Shown: positions 1 through 8,439 of the stretch, in pieces
Layout: each line of letters starts with the position of its first letter
Position numbering within the stretch: the first letter of the stretch is position 1
The notes under the pieces: generated by a model
Told to the model about the DNA's origin: nothing
Seen by the model: only the letters and a program-made list of their open reading frames with translations
Databases searched by the model: none
Position numbers and translations under genes: made by a program
Source of the DNA: Spirochaetia bacterium
GTDB lineage: Bacteria > Spirochaetota > Spirochaetia > UBA9216
Reading direction: 5' to 3'
Length of the DNA: 64,000 bases
Assembly (NCBI GenBank): GCA_963677925.2
Contig: CAXXYH010000003.1
Location: forward strand, 2,080,001 to 2,144,000

Positions 1-84
1 GAACTGGGCGATATCGGGCAGCGAAGCAACGGAATTTATCAGTGAGTCGAACTCTTTCTTGACTTCTTCCAGTTTCTGAAGCAT
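1..84 (-). CDS. pheS: 5' end of a gene running off the window; probable phenylalanyl-tRNA synthetase alpha subunit
   Basis: ATG at 84 after an AAGGAG RBS; MLQKLEEVKKEFDSLINSVASLPDIAQF resembles the N-terminal coiled coil of bacterial PheS; preceded by a Phe-rich leader peptide and attenuator. Only 28 codons visible. Confidence 0.6.
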   Translation of the reverse strand, partial: MLQKLEEVKKEFDSLINSVASLPDIAQF

Positions 85-159
85 TTCATGTCTCCTTATT
101 TTCATGGGCATGATCGACATTAAACATTTACCAATGCCTGAAATTACATCAGCATCAAT

Positions 160-196
160 AAAAAAAAAAGCGGATTCCCCTGTTCGAGGAACCCGC
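160..196 (-). terminator. Intrinsic terminator (attenuator) upstream of probable pheS
   Basis: Minus strand GCGGGTTCCTC-GAACA-GGGGAATCCGC (11-bp stem with 2 G-U pairs) followed by T10. Confidence 0.9.
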
Positions 197-214
197 TGTC
201 ATACCCTGTTGTTT

Positions 215-304
215 CTATTGCAGAGATAACCGGTGCCCCTCATTGGCTGAGTTGCTAAAGCTAAAAAAGTAAAAAAAGCTGTAAGTGGTTTTCCGATTAT
301 CCAT
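215..304 (-). CDS. Phe-rich leader peptide (pheM-like), 29 aa MDNRKTTYSFFYFFSFSNSANEGHRLSLQ
   Basis: Manual translation; GGAG RBS 5 nt before ATG; 5 TTT codons within 7 codons; ends just before the terminator. Confidence 0.85.
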   Translation of the reverse strand: MDNRKTTYSFFYFFSFSNSANEGHRLSLQ

Positions 305-366
305 GTTTACTCCATTATATCTGCGGCGGGAGTTTAGTCAAGATAGAATTTTTCAGAGAGTTTCTT

Positions 367-415
367 GCCACGAATGGGAAGCTGGTATGCGCAGGGCAGA
401 GATTTGCACGGATTA
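367..415 (+). repeat. Copy A of dispersed ~50-nt GCCACG...TTTGCACGGATT repeat
   Basis: 39/49 ungapped identity (hand count) to the reverse complement of 34103-34151; also similar to 13969-14014. Confidence 0.8.
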
Positions 416-522
416 GGGATTGGAGGTAGCAAGCTCTGAGTGTCTTTGAAGGTATATTGTAGACGTTTGTGTTAACTATGCCTTATTATGGTTTTATTAT
501 TATAAAAATGGAGAGGGAAGAA

Positions 523-960
523 ATGAATCTAAAAGAAACCGGGATAAACAAGTTTAAGGAAGGATACAACTGTGCCCAGTCTGTATTGTTCAGCCTTCGT
601 GAGTATACAGGCCTGACCGAAGATCAGTCCCTGAAAATAGCGACCGGATTCGGATCAGGTATGGGCAGGACCCAGAATGTCTGCGGTGCGGTATCCGGAG
701 GGATACTGGCTCTTAATCTTATTTTCGGCAGAGGCAGCAAAGATGAAAAGGAACAGCAGGAATTAAACTATCTGAAGATAAGAGAGCTGATTTCGAATTT
801 TGAAGAAAAAAACAGCACCATAATCTGCAGGAAACTTCTTGACGGCTGCAACCTCTTATGCGATGAAGGCCAGCAGCGGTTTAAATCTGAGAATATGGTC
901 GAACAATGTCACGGCTATATTGCTGATGTAATAGGGATAGTTGATGGGATTATTGAATAG
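523..960 (+). CDS. C_GCAxxG_C_C family putative redox protein
   Basis: YNCAQSV, GFGSGMG, CGAVSGG, C-terminal CRKLL and QC motifs; ATG 523 after GAGGGAAG. Confidence 0.85.
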   Translation: MNLKETGINKFKEGYNCAQSVLFSLREYTGLTEDQSLKIATGFGSGMGRTQNVCGAVSGGILALNLIFGRGSKDEKEQQELNYLKIRELISNFEEKNSTIICRKLLDGCNLLCDEGQQRFKSENMVEQCHGYIADVIGIVDGIIE

Positions 961-1031
961 ATGAACAGCTTAACAGCATTAGTGAAAAAAATTATAATAA
1001 TGCTCTGTAAACAATAAATTAAGGAATTACA

Positions 1032-1556
1032 ATGAAAATTCGAATAATAGCCATACTTCTTCTTATCCTTATAGCTTCATCAGCCTGCGCAGAAACCATC
1101 AGCGCCCGCCAGCAGCACCAGGACGGAAGCTGGGGAGATATAGTGATTGAACTTAATTATGATGAAAATGTCAGCAGCAATATTCTGGAGACCTCATTGG
1201 GAGAAGGAGCCCCGACAGCCTCCGAAGCCGGTTACAAACAGGCATTGGCCCTTCGTTTTGTTCAGTATAATGCGGAAGAAGAAGGATGGTACTACTTACC
1301 TGCTGAACAGGGAGGCCTTCAGGTTATTTTATCAGCTGATCCGTATGATAAAGAAAAGGGCATATTAAAAACTGCAACTGATTACCATATTGTTGTCGGA
1401 TGGGATTCTGTGAATCAAATCCCTCAGTATGGAGCACTAATTAACATAGCTCCTATGGATCCTGTTACCGAAGAAGACGGGACTTCTATTGAATGGTCTG
1501 CCCTAACCTTACAAACACAGGATGGTGCAGAATTCTTTGTCTGCTTTGCTGATTAG
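1032..1556 (+). CDS. Exported hypothetical protein
   Basis: Signal peptide MKIRIIAILLLILIASSACA; AAGGA RBS; acidic mature domain not recognised. Confidence 0.75.
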   Translation: MKIRIIAILLLILIASSACAETISARQQHQDGSWGDIVIELNYDENVSSNILETSLGEGAPTASEAGYKQALALRFVQYNAEEEGWYYLPAEQGGLQVILSADPYDKEKGILKTATDYHIVVGWDSVNQIPQYGALINIAPMDPVTEEDGTSIEWSALTLQTQDGAEFFVCFAD

Positions 1557-1581
1557 GATTTTGTATCAGATCGGAATTTGT

Positions 1582-3630
1582 TTAAACATTCGTATATTTC
1601 TTAAAAAACTCAAATCCCTGTGAGGTGAGCTTGGTTCCGCCCCGACCTTTTAGTATTTTCACAAGCCCCTGATCCTGCATCTTTTCAAGCAGAGATCGTA
1701 TCCTGACTTCAGACAGAAATTCATTTCTTTTCCTCGACATTTCCGCAATATAACGCCGACCTGCAGTCTTATTCTCCTCAGCAGACTTATAAAGGATTTC
1801 GAGTATGGACAAAACCTCGGTCTTATCTTTTTCATCTGTTATCATAACATTTTTTTTACTCGCAGCATTTTCATCATAGCTGAAGGAAGGCTCGGGATTA
1901 TTAATCTGTAGAAACGGAATATCATTTATCGTAATCCGGGGTTTCCTCAGGTTTTTAAAATATTCTATGTAGTTGTGAAGTTCCCTTATATTCCCATCCC
2001 ATTCATGATTGTATAACTGTTCAAAAGCATCGGGATCAATCTTAAAATCCACTTTAAATTGATTTTTGAACTCTTCAATTAGAAGGGAGATATCATTTCT
2101 CCTGGCTCTGAGAGCCGGCAGTTTCAAGGTAATGACATTGAGCCGGTAGTACAGATCTTTTCTAAATTTATTTTCTTTTATCAGTTCCAGAACATTGCAG
2201 TTTGTAGCCGCAATTACTCGTATATCAATACTGATTACCTGATTACCTCCTACATGAGTAACCTCTTTCTCCTGCAGGACCCTTAACAGTCTGGCTTGAA
2301 GATGTGCAGGCATTTCTCCAATCTCATCTAAAAAGATAGTTCCTGTATGTGCAAGCTCAAATAAGCCCTTTTTTCCTCCGCGTTTTGCACCGGTAAAGGC
2401 TCCTTCATCATACCCGAACAGTTCACTTTCAAGCAGACTTTCAGCAACAGCCGCACAGTTTATAGCAACAAAGGGTGCATTTCTTCTTGCAGATTCATTA
2501 TGAATTGCTTGTGCAAACAGCTCCTTGCCTGTTCCGCTTTCCCCTATCAGCAGTACAGAAGAATCAGAGGCTGCATTCTGAGCTCCGATTTTTTTCAGCT
2601 TCTGCATCTCTTCATTTCCCGTGACAATATCACTGAAAAAATACTTTGCCGTATATCCCTTCCCGGCTATCTGATTTTTTGCGGAAGGTATACCCACAGC
2701 ATTCTGATGTATGCGCTCCAGAGTCATATAACATATTTTGGTCGAACTGACATACCCGATATTTATATCAACAAGAAGATCCTGACCATTGAGGTTTATC
2801 TGCTTTTTTCTCTGCGGTTTAAGATCTCTTATAGTTTCTTTCAGCTGGGGATCTGAAAATAAAGTCATTATATTCTCTCCGATAACAGCTTCTTTTCGAT
2901 ATCCGAGAATCTTCTCTGCAGCATTGTTGAAGTTAAGAATGATACCGCCCGGACTGAAGCCGATAATACCGAATCTGTAATTAGATATAAAAAAATCATT
3001 CATACTGAAAGGGTTAAGCCTGTGATCAGTCTGGGGCATATAGTTCTGAGGCATTATCTGGCTGCAATATTCTTTCATCTTTTCAGTGATAAAAAGTTCT
3101 TCTTTATTTAAGTAAATCAATATATTTACAATAGTACTGATATCAAAAACTCTTTTTCCGATATCAATAACCTTATCAACCCATTTGGGAATGTACTGAT
3201 TCTCTCCCGGGGTGATCGCAAGATCAATATCCTTCACATTATCAAGGTATGGGGAATACGGCACCAGTTCTATATGCCGGGCTCCGAATCGGTATATCTG
3301 TTCAACACACTCAACCGCCATCCCGAAAGTTGCATTCACAATCAAAGCCTGTGTCCCTTGAGGAAGTTTCTGAATTTGAGTGAAACTTGCTTTCTTAATT
3401 GTAAGGTTCGGAATCATAATCTGAACATCTTTCGATATATATTTTTTAGTTAAGTCAAATAATTCAAAGGCAGATAATATTGCAAGATCAGCATTAATCG
3501 GAGTGTTTATATTATCTTCCTCAACACTGTATTTTCTAATTTTTACAACATTCTGCAGGACATCGATCAATATATTAAAATATAAATCAGCGGCATCAAT
3601 CGAATATGTTAGAATTGCAATCTCTTTCAT
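1582..3630 (-). CDS. Sigma54-dependent transcriptional activator (PAS + AAA+ + C-terminal winged HTH)
   Basis: GESGTGKE Walker [31 protein letters not shown]; divergent from a -24/-12 promoter. Confidence 0.93.
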   Translation of the reverse strand: MKEIAILTYSIDAADLYFNILIDVLQNVVKIRKYSVEEDNINTPINADLAILSAFELFDLTKKYISKDVQIMIPNLTIKKASFTQIQKLPQGTQALIVNATFGMAVECVEQIYRFGARHIELVPYSPYLDNVKDIDLAITPGENQYIPKWVDKVIDIGKRVFDISTIVNILIYLNKEELFITEKMKEYCSQIMPQNYMPQTDHRLNPFSMNDFFISNYRFGIIGFSPGGIILNFNNAAEKILGYRKEAVIGENIMTLFSDPQLKETIRDLKPQRKKQINLNGQDLLVDINIGYVSSTKICYMTLERIHQNAVGIPSAKNQIAGKGYTAKYFFSDIVTGNEEMQKLKKIGAQNAASDSSVLLIGESGTGKELFAQAIHNESARRNAPFVAINCAAVAESLLESELFGYDEGAFTGAKRGGKKGLFELAHTGTIFLDEIGEMPAHLQARLLRVLQEKEVTHVGGNQVISIDIRVIAATNCNVLELIKENKFRKDLYYRLNVITLKLPALRARRNDISLLIEEFKNQFKVDFKIDPDAFEQLYNHEWDGNIRELHNYIEYFKNLRKPRITINDIPFLQINNPEPSFSYDENAASKKNVMITDEKDKTEVLSILEILYKSAEENKTAGRRYIAEMSRKRNEFLSEVRIRSLLEKMQDQGLVKILKGRGGTKLTSQGFEFFKKYTNV

Positions 3631-3742
3631 AACCTTCTCCGGACTATTATCTTAATGGATTTACAGGATCCATATAATCCCAATAATCCCGGAAATATTG
3701 AAAAACACACAATATTAGACAGGTTTTCCGAGTTTTTAAGTA

Positions 3743-3758
3743 TGGCATGAAAATTGCA
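3743..3758 (+). promoter_or_regulatory. Sigma54 -24/-12 promoter
   Basis: TGGCAT-GAAAA-TTGCA with GG-N10-GC spacing, 80 nt upstream of ATG 3838, next to a sigma54 activator gene. Confidence 0.85.
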
Positions 3759-3837
3759 TTTATTAATCCGAGTACTCAATTAAATAGCTGCAGTTTCAGC
3801 GTTTCAGATTAAAATAAACTAAGGAGAAATATAAATT

Positions 3838-5250
3838 ATGTCCGCTGTGAAAACAAAACCTCAGCATAAGGTAGCCGAAACATACGGAGGCCTGCTTGGG
3901 GGAATAATGCCTCTTCTTGTAATGATCCTGACCATGATAATACTTGCTGTAAACGGCATGCGCTCTACAAGCAATTTCTGGAGTGCCGGTTTCCTTGCCA
4001 TGATTGTAGGCTTCTTTGTCTATAAAGATAAAAAGAAATTTCAGGAAGCCATCATCTCCGGTGTAAGGGACAAGATTTTCGGGATAATGCTTTTAATATT
4101 CCTGTTAGCAGGTGTGCTTTCAAAAATTCTCTCAGCTTCCCATGTAGTCCAGGGAATGCTATGGGCCGCATCCAAGATCAATCTCTCACCAGGTCTCGTA
4201 CCTTTGATTTGCTTTTTCATCAGTGCACTCCTGTCAACCTCAACGGGAAGCGCGGCGAGTTCAGTAGGCACTCTGACACCGATAATGGTTCCCATGGCTA
4301 CCGCAATGGGGGGACACCCCGGTGTAGTCTGCGGAGCAATCCTGTCCGGAGCCGCTTTTGGAGACAACCTTGCCCCTGTTTCGGATACAACAATAGCTTC
4401 CTCTCTGACACAGGAAGTAAGTGTTATAAAAGTTGTAAAATCAAGATTAAAATATTCACTCATCGGCGGAGCCGCTGCAGCCCTGATTTTCCTGTTTGTC
4501 GGAATGCAAACCGTCGATTCTTCAGTTGTACAGAGTATAACTGCTGATTCTACATATGCATCAAGTCTTGTCTTTTTGGTTATTCCTGTACTGATTATTG
4601 TGTTGATGCTGAATAAAGCAAACTTTTTTACAGCACTGATAATAGCTGAACTGCTCGGAGTAGCTATGCTCTTTGCGTTCGGATACACAAGCTTTTCAGA
4701 ACTTGTTTCAAGAGACGGTCTGATAGCCTTAGGGTTCAGCGGAATGACCGGTTCCATAATATTTATTCTGTTCATCTTTATTGTAGTCAGTCTGATAAGA
4801 GATGCGGGAGTATTAGATGCACTTCTAAATGGTATGCGCAAATATGCGAAGTCAGAGAAAACCGCAGAAATTGCATCAGGAGCTATGGTAAGTGTAATGA
4901 GTATTGCCATAAGCAGCGGAACATCTGCAATAACATTCTGCGGCCCGATCATCCGAAGCCTCATGCGTCCATTCAGAATAGACAGAGCAAGAGCAGCTAA
5001 TTTCCTGGACGGTCTCGGATGCGGTGTCGGATACCTGGTTCCTACAAATGTGGGATGTATGGTTCTTGCATCTCTAGCCGTCGCCAGCGGATCTGTAGCG
5101 GAAGGATTCAGCCCTTTTGACTTTGTATACTTTAATTTTTACAGTATGGCTCTTGTCGTAGTGTACTGGTTTGCAATCCTGTCAGGATGGGGAAGAAAAC
5201 ACGAAACAGATGAAGAACTAGCTGCCGACGGTATTATCGTCGCAGAATAA
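3838..5250 (+). CDS. Na+/H+ antiporter NhaC-family transporter (likely amino-acid uptake)
   Basis: About 12 TM segments; STSTGS and GAILSGAAFGDNLAPVSDTTIAS NhaC signature. Confidence 0.85.
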   Translation: MSAVKTKPQHKVAETYGGLLGGIMPLLVMILTMIILAVNGMRSTSNFWSAGFLAMIVGFFVYKDKKKFQEAIISGVRDKIFGIMLLIFLLAGVLSKILSASHVVQGMLWAASKINLSPGLVPLICFFISALLSTSTGSAASSVGTLTPIMVPMATAMGGHPGVVCGAILSGAAFGDNLAPVSDTTIASSLTQEVSVIKVVKSRLKYSLIGGAAAALIFLFVGMQTVDSSVVQSITADSTYASSLVFLVIPVLIIVLMLNKANFFTALIIAELLGVAMLFAFGYTSFSELVSRDGLIALGFSGMTGSIIFILFIFIVVSLIRDAGVLDALLNGMRKYAKSEKTAEIASGAMVSVMSIAISSGTSAITFCGPIIRSLMRPFRIDRARAANFLDGLGCGVGYLVPTNVGCMVLASLAVASGSVAEGFSPFDFVYFNFYSMALVVVYWFAILSGWGRKHETDEELAADGIIVAE

Positions 5251-5265
5251 ACATCAACTACAAAG

Positions 5266-5289
5266 GGCGGATTAAATTAAATATCCGCC
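5266..5289 (+). other. Intercistronic hairpin
   Basis: GGCGGAT-N10-ATCCGCC; no strong U tract. Confidence 0.45.
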
Positions 5290-5315
5290 TGATCTTAATA
5301 TGGAGATGCCAGAAA

Positions 5316-5696
5316 ATGAAGTATAAAATTGAGACAGAAAAGGCACCAGCAGCAATTGGTCCTTATTCACAGGCTGTCGGAATAGGGAATTTGATATTCG
5401 TGTCCGGCTCATTGCCTGTAAATCCTGAAAACAGTGAAATACCGGAATGTATTACCGAGCAGACAAAGCTGTCATTAAATAATTTAAAAAACGTCGTTGA
5501 GAGCGCAGGCGCCGAAATTGGAGACATCTGTAAAACCACTGTCTTTTTAAGTGACATGAAGAACTTTGCAGAAATGAACAGCGTTTATATGGATTTTTTT
5601 AAAAACACAATATTTCCGGCGCGCTCAGCAGTGGAAGTATCCCGTCTGCCGAAGGATGTACTTGTAGAAATAGAAGCTATAGCATGGAAAAATTAA
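5316..5696 (+). CDS. ridA: RidA/YjgF enamine-imine deaminase
   Basis: APAAIGPYSQAV, FVSG, KTTVFL, PARSAVEVSRLPKDVLVEIEAIA. Confidence 0.93.
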   Translation: MKYKIETEKAPAAIGPYSQAVGIGNLIFVSGSLPVNPENSEIPECITEQTKLSLNNLKNVVESAGAEIGDICKTTVFLSDMKNFAEMNSVYMDFFKNTIFPARSAVEVSRLPKDVLVEIEAIAWKN

Positions 5697-6892
5697 TGAA
5701 GCAATATGATTTTGAAACTGTAATTGAACGATATAATACCGGAAGCTCAAAATGGGATGAAATGGAAACCGTCAAAACCCTTCAGAAAGATATCATCCCC
5801 TTTTCACTTGCAGATATGGAAATTCTGAATCCTCCGGAAATTATATCTGGATTAAAAAAGTACCTCGATTCAACTGTACTGGGCTATGGACATGCTACCG
5901 GCGAGTATAAAAATGCAGTAAAAGACTGGATGCATAGAAGACATGGCTGGGAAATAGATACAGCCTGGCTGAAAGATTCACACGGCGTAATTAATGCCTT
6001 TTTCACTGCTGTTAAAGCTTTTTCCAAAGAAGGTGAAGGGGTAATGCTGATGACCCCGGTATACTACCCGATGTATTATGCAATTAAGCGGAACAATCGC
6101 AGACTTGTGGATACCAAACTCATACAAAAAGAGAATACCTATGAAATCGATTTCATCGATTTTGAAAAAAAGGCGTCTGAACCTGATACCAAAATACTGA
6201 TATTATGCAGTCCGCATAATCCTACAGGTAGAGTTTGGACTATAGATGAATTAACCAAAATTGGCCGTATCTGTCTGGAAAACGACGTTATTGTTGTTGC
6301 CGATGAAGTTCATAACGATATAATCATGCCCGGTTTCCGGCACACAGTATTTGCTTCCATTTGTGAGGAATTTGCAATGAATTCCATCACGTGCACGGCC
6401 CCCAGTAAGACCTTCAATCTTGCCGGACTGCAGACAGCCAATCTGATTATTCCGAATGAAAAGATTCGTGATACTTACTGGCAGGAAGTAATGACTACAG
6501 AAGGTAATCCAAAATGCACTACGCTGGGAATGGAAGCATGCCGTTTAGCCTATGAGAATTGTGAAGATTGGCTTGAACAGGTTTTAACACTGATTGATAC
6601 CAATCGCGAAATAATAAGCAGCTTTTTTTCTCAGGAATTTCCCGAAATTAAAGTATACAAACTCGAAGGGACCTATCTTCTGTGGATGGACTTCAGGGAA
6701 CTTGGTATCGAATCACGGAAACTGGCCCGGCTGTTGAAAGAGGAGGCTAATCTCTTTTTTGATGACGGCTTTATATTTGGTGAACAGGGTGAGGGATTCG
6801 AAAGATGGAACCTGGCATGCCCGACAAAATATATATATGCGGCAATTGAACGGCTTAGAAAAACATTACTTAAAATAAAATCGGCAGGGTAA
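5696..6892 (+). CDS. patB: MalY/PatB-family PLP-dependent C-S lyase (cystathionine beta-lyase-like)
   Basis: S-x-KW, ADM, LCSPHNPTGRVW, DEVH, APSKTFNLAGL, EGTYLLWMD; TAATG overlap with ridA stop (alternative start 5684). Confidence 0.9.
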   Translation: MKQYDFETVIERYNTGSSKWDEMETVKTLQKDIIPFSLADMEILNPPEIISGLKKYLDSTVLGYGHATGEYKNAVKDWMHRRHGWEIDTAWLKDSHGVINAFFTAVKAFSKEGEGVMLMTPVYYPMYYAIKRNNRRLVDTKLIQKENTYEIDFIDFEKKASEPDTKILILCSPHNPTGRVWTIDELTKIGRICLENDVIVVADEVHNDIIMPGFRHTVFASICEEFAMNSITCTAPSKTFNLAGLQTANLIIPNEKIRDTYWQEVMTTEGNPKCTTLGMEACRLAYENCEDWLEQVLTLIDTNREIISSFFSQEFPEIKVYKLEGTYLLWMDFRELGIESRKLARLLKEEANLFFDDGFIFGEQGEGFERWNLACPTKYIYAAIERLRKTLLKIKSAG

Positions 6893-6896
6893 TATA

Positions 6897-7667
6897 ATGT
6901 TAAACGAACGTACAAAAGAAGTCTTTGCCCGGCTTGAGCTGAACATACCTGCGGTGGCTGTTAAATACTTGCCTACAAAGCCAGAGGGAATAAAAAAGCA
7001 CAACGGAAATCTGGCTTTCTGCCAGTATGTAAAAGAAGCACAAACCTCTGAAGAGACTTTTTATATTGATAAAGATAATGATGCATGCTACGGAAAAATG
7101 TCTCTCGGCATGATACCTAAACCGCCGGTAACTGCTTCCGGTCAGGCAGGACTTGATTTTGAACTTTACAAAACCGCTTCTGCCATGATGAAGGTGTATC
7201 AGCATCTGCCGGTTCTTGTTCCCGGAGCAATAAACTATGTAGCTTTTTCTCAGGTAAAAAACTGCAGCTTCGATCCCGATTTGATAATCATTTTCGCAGA
7301 TATCAAAAAAGCTGATATTATTATGCGTGCTTCATGCTACATCTCAGGGGATCTCTGGGAATCAGTTTCAACTCCGGCAATCAGCTGCAGCTGGATGTAT
7401 GCCTATCCTCTGATATCAGGAAAAGTCAATCATATGACAACCGGTTTTTATCATGGATTAAGGCGAAGAAAAGCCTTTCCTGAAGGATTACGAATGATTT
7501 CAATTCCGTTTAATAAAATCGACGAAATTGCAACCGCATTGGACGAAATGAACTGGACAACCATTGCTTTCAGAGAAGACAGAGAGAGCCGTATGGAATT
7601 AAAAAATAGAATGCAGAACTGGCAGACCATGGCAGCAGAAATGGACTGCGAGTGTCATCTGCACTAA
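6897..7667 (+). CDS. DUF169-like Cys-containing protein
   Basis: PAVAVKY, FCQYV..A, CYG..LG, PDLIIIF, SCS..YP...GK pattern typical of DUF169. Confidence 0.7.
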   Translation: MLNERTKEVFARLELNIPAVAVKYLPTKPEGIKKHNGNLAFCQYVKEAQTSEETFYIDKDNDACYGKMSLGMIPKPPVTASGQAGLDFELYKTASAMMKVYQHLPVLVPGAINYVAFSQVKNCSFDPDLIIIFADIKKADIIMRASCYISGDLWESVSTPAISCSWMYAYPLISGKVNHMTTGFYHGLRRRKAFPEGLRMISIPFNKIDEIATALDEMNWTTIAFREDRESRMELKNRMQNWQTMAAEMDCECHLH

Positions 7668-7681
7668 TAATTTACTTAAAT

Positions 7682-7719
7682 AGGGCTGGCGGTAATCAAA
7701 CTGCCGCCCTTTTTATTTT
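7682..7719 (+). terminator. Intrinsic terminator of the nhaC-ridA-patB-DUF169 operon
   Basis: AGGGCTGGCGG...CTGCCGCCCT followed by TTTTATTTT. Confidence 0.75.
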
Positions 7720-7919
7720 CCAGCACTATGCTGTGCCGCCTGATTTAAAACACTGAAATCACATACCGCATAAAAGCCAGCGCCTCAAAACTTAACGCAA
7801 TCTGTTTAATCTGCGATTTTAATTTAGCTGAGTTTTTAAGTACACTATTTATAAAAACCGAACTATACTATATCAGGAATTTACATTTTTCCAGATTCCA
7901 TCAGGAGAAACATTATAGA

Positions 7920-8375
7920 ATGGAAAAAGCATTTCAATATAAAATCCTCAGAGAACATAAATTGATTTGCCAGATATACCATGGAAAGATTGAACTCAAT
8001 GATGTCAAAGCACAGATGCAGAAAATCACATCAGATCCTGATTTTTCACCGGATCTTCATCTGTTAACCGACTTACGGGACTGCGAATTGAACCTTACCC
8101 CCGCAGAAGTAACAGAATATGTGAATTTCCTTAAGCTTAAATTAATACATTTTAAACCGAGTCCTCACAATGAGGCTTTCATTACAAGCGATTCATACAC
8201 AGAATCACTTTCAATTCTATATTCAATTCAGCTGAAATCTAACGACATTAAATCAGATAGATTTGACACATTGGATGAAGCAATAGAACATGTAGCGAAC
8301 AACAGAGAATTAATTTCAGACATAAGAAAAAAGTTTCTTGAATTTAAAAAAGAATTTTCAGACCTTCAGGATTAA
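7920..8375 (+). CDS. Hypothetical protein, STAS/SpoIIAA-like; paralog of 12082-12531
   Basis: YKIL.EH.LI..., DPDFS, LTDLRD motifs shared with the 12082 ORF; AGGAG RBS. Confidence 0.7.
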   Translation: MEKAFQYKILREHKLICQIYHGKIELNDVKAQMQKITSDPDFSPDLHLLTDLRDCELNLTPAEVTEYVNFLKLKLIHFKPSPHNEAFITSDSYTESLSILYSIQLKSNDIKSDRFDTLDEAIEHVANNRELISDIRKKFLEFKKEFSDLQD

Positions 8376-8381
8376 AGCAAT

Positions 8382-8413
8382 CCGCGGCCGATTTTTTACC
8401 CAATCAGCCGCGG
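8382..8413. terminator. Hairpin between convergent genes (possible bidirectional terminator)
   Basis: CCGCGGCCGATT...AATCAGCCGCGG. Confidence 0.55.
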
Positions 8414-8439
8414 CAGGAATCTTCTGTATTTCGGCACAA

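Noticed and set aside
150-330. T-box riboswitch upstream of probable pheS
   Set aside because: No T-box consensus seen; the leader-peptide attenuator explains the region.
4041-4964. 307-aa antisense ORF, and the many other antisense or nested ORFs in the track (e.g. 9328, 21721, 23655, 34594, 63149)
   Set aside because: They lie opposite or inside well-supported genes and have no RBS or recognisable motifs; shadow ORFs.
7798-7816. AATCTGTTTAATCTGCG as a variant of the repeat
   Set aside because: Too short and diverged to distinguish from chance.
3730-7842. Identical 13-mer GAGTTTTTAAGTA at 3730 and 7830 flanking the nhaC operon
   Set aside because: Low-complexity AT-rich word; as a target duplication it would exclude the cognate activator, and no recombinase is nearby.
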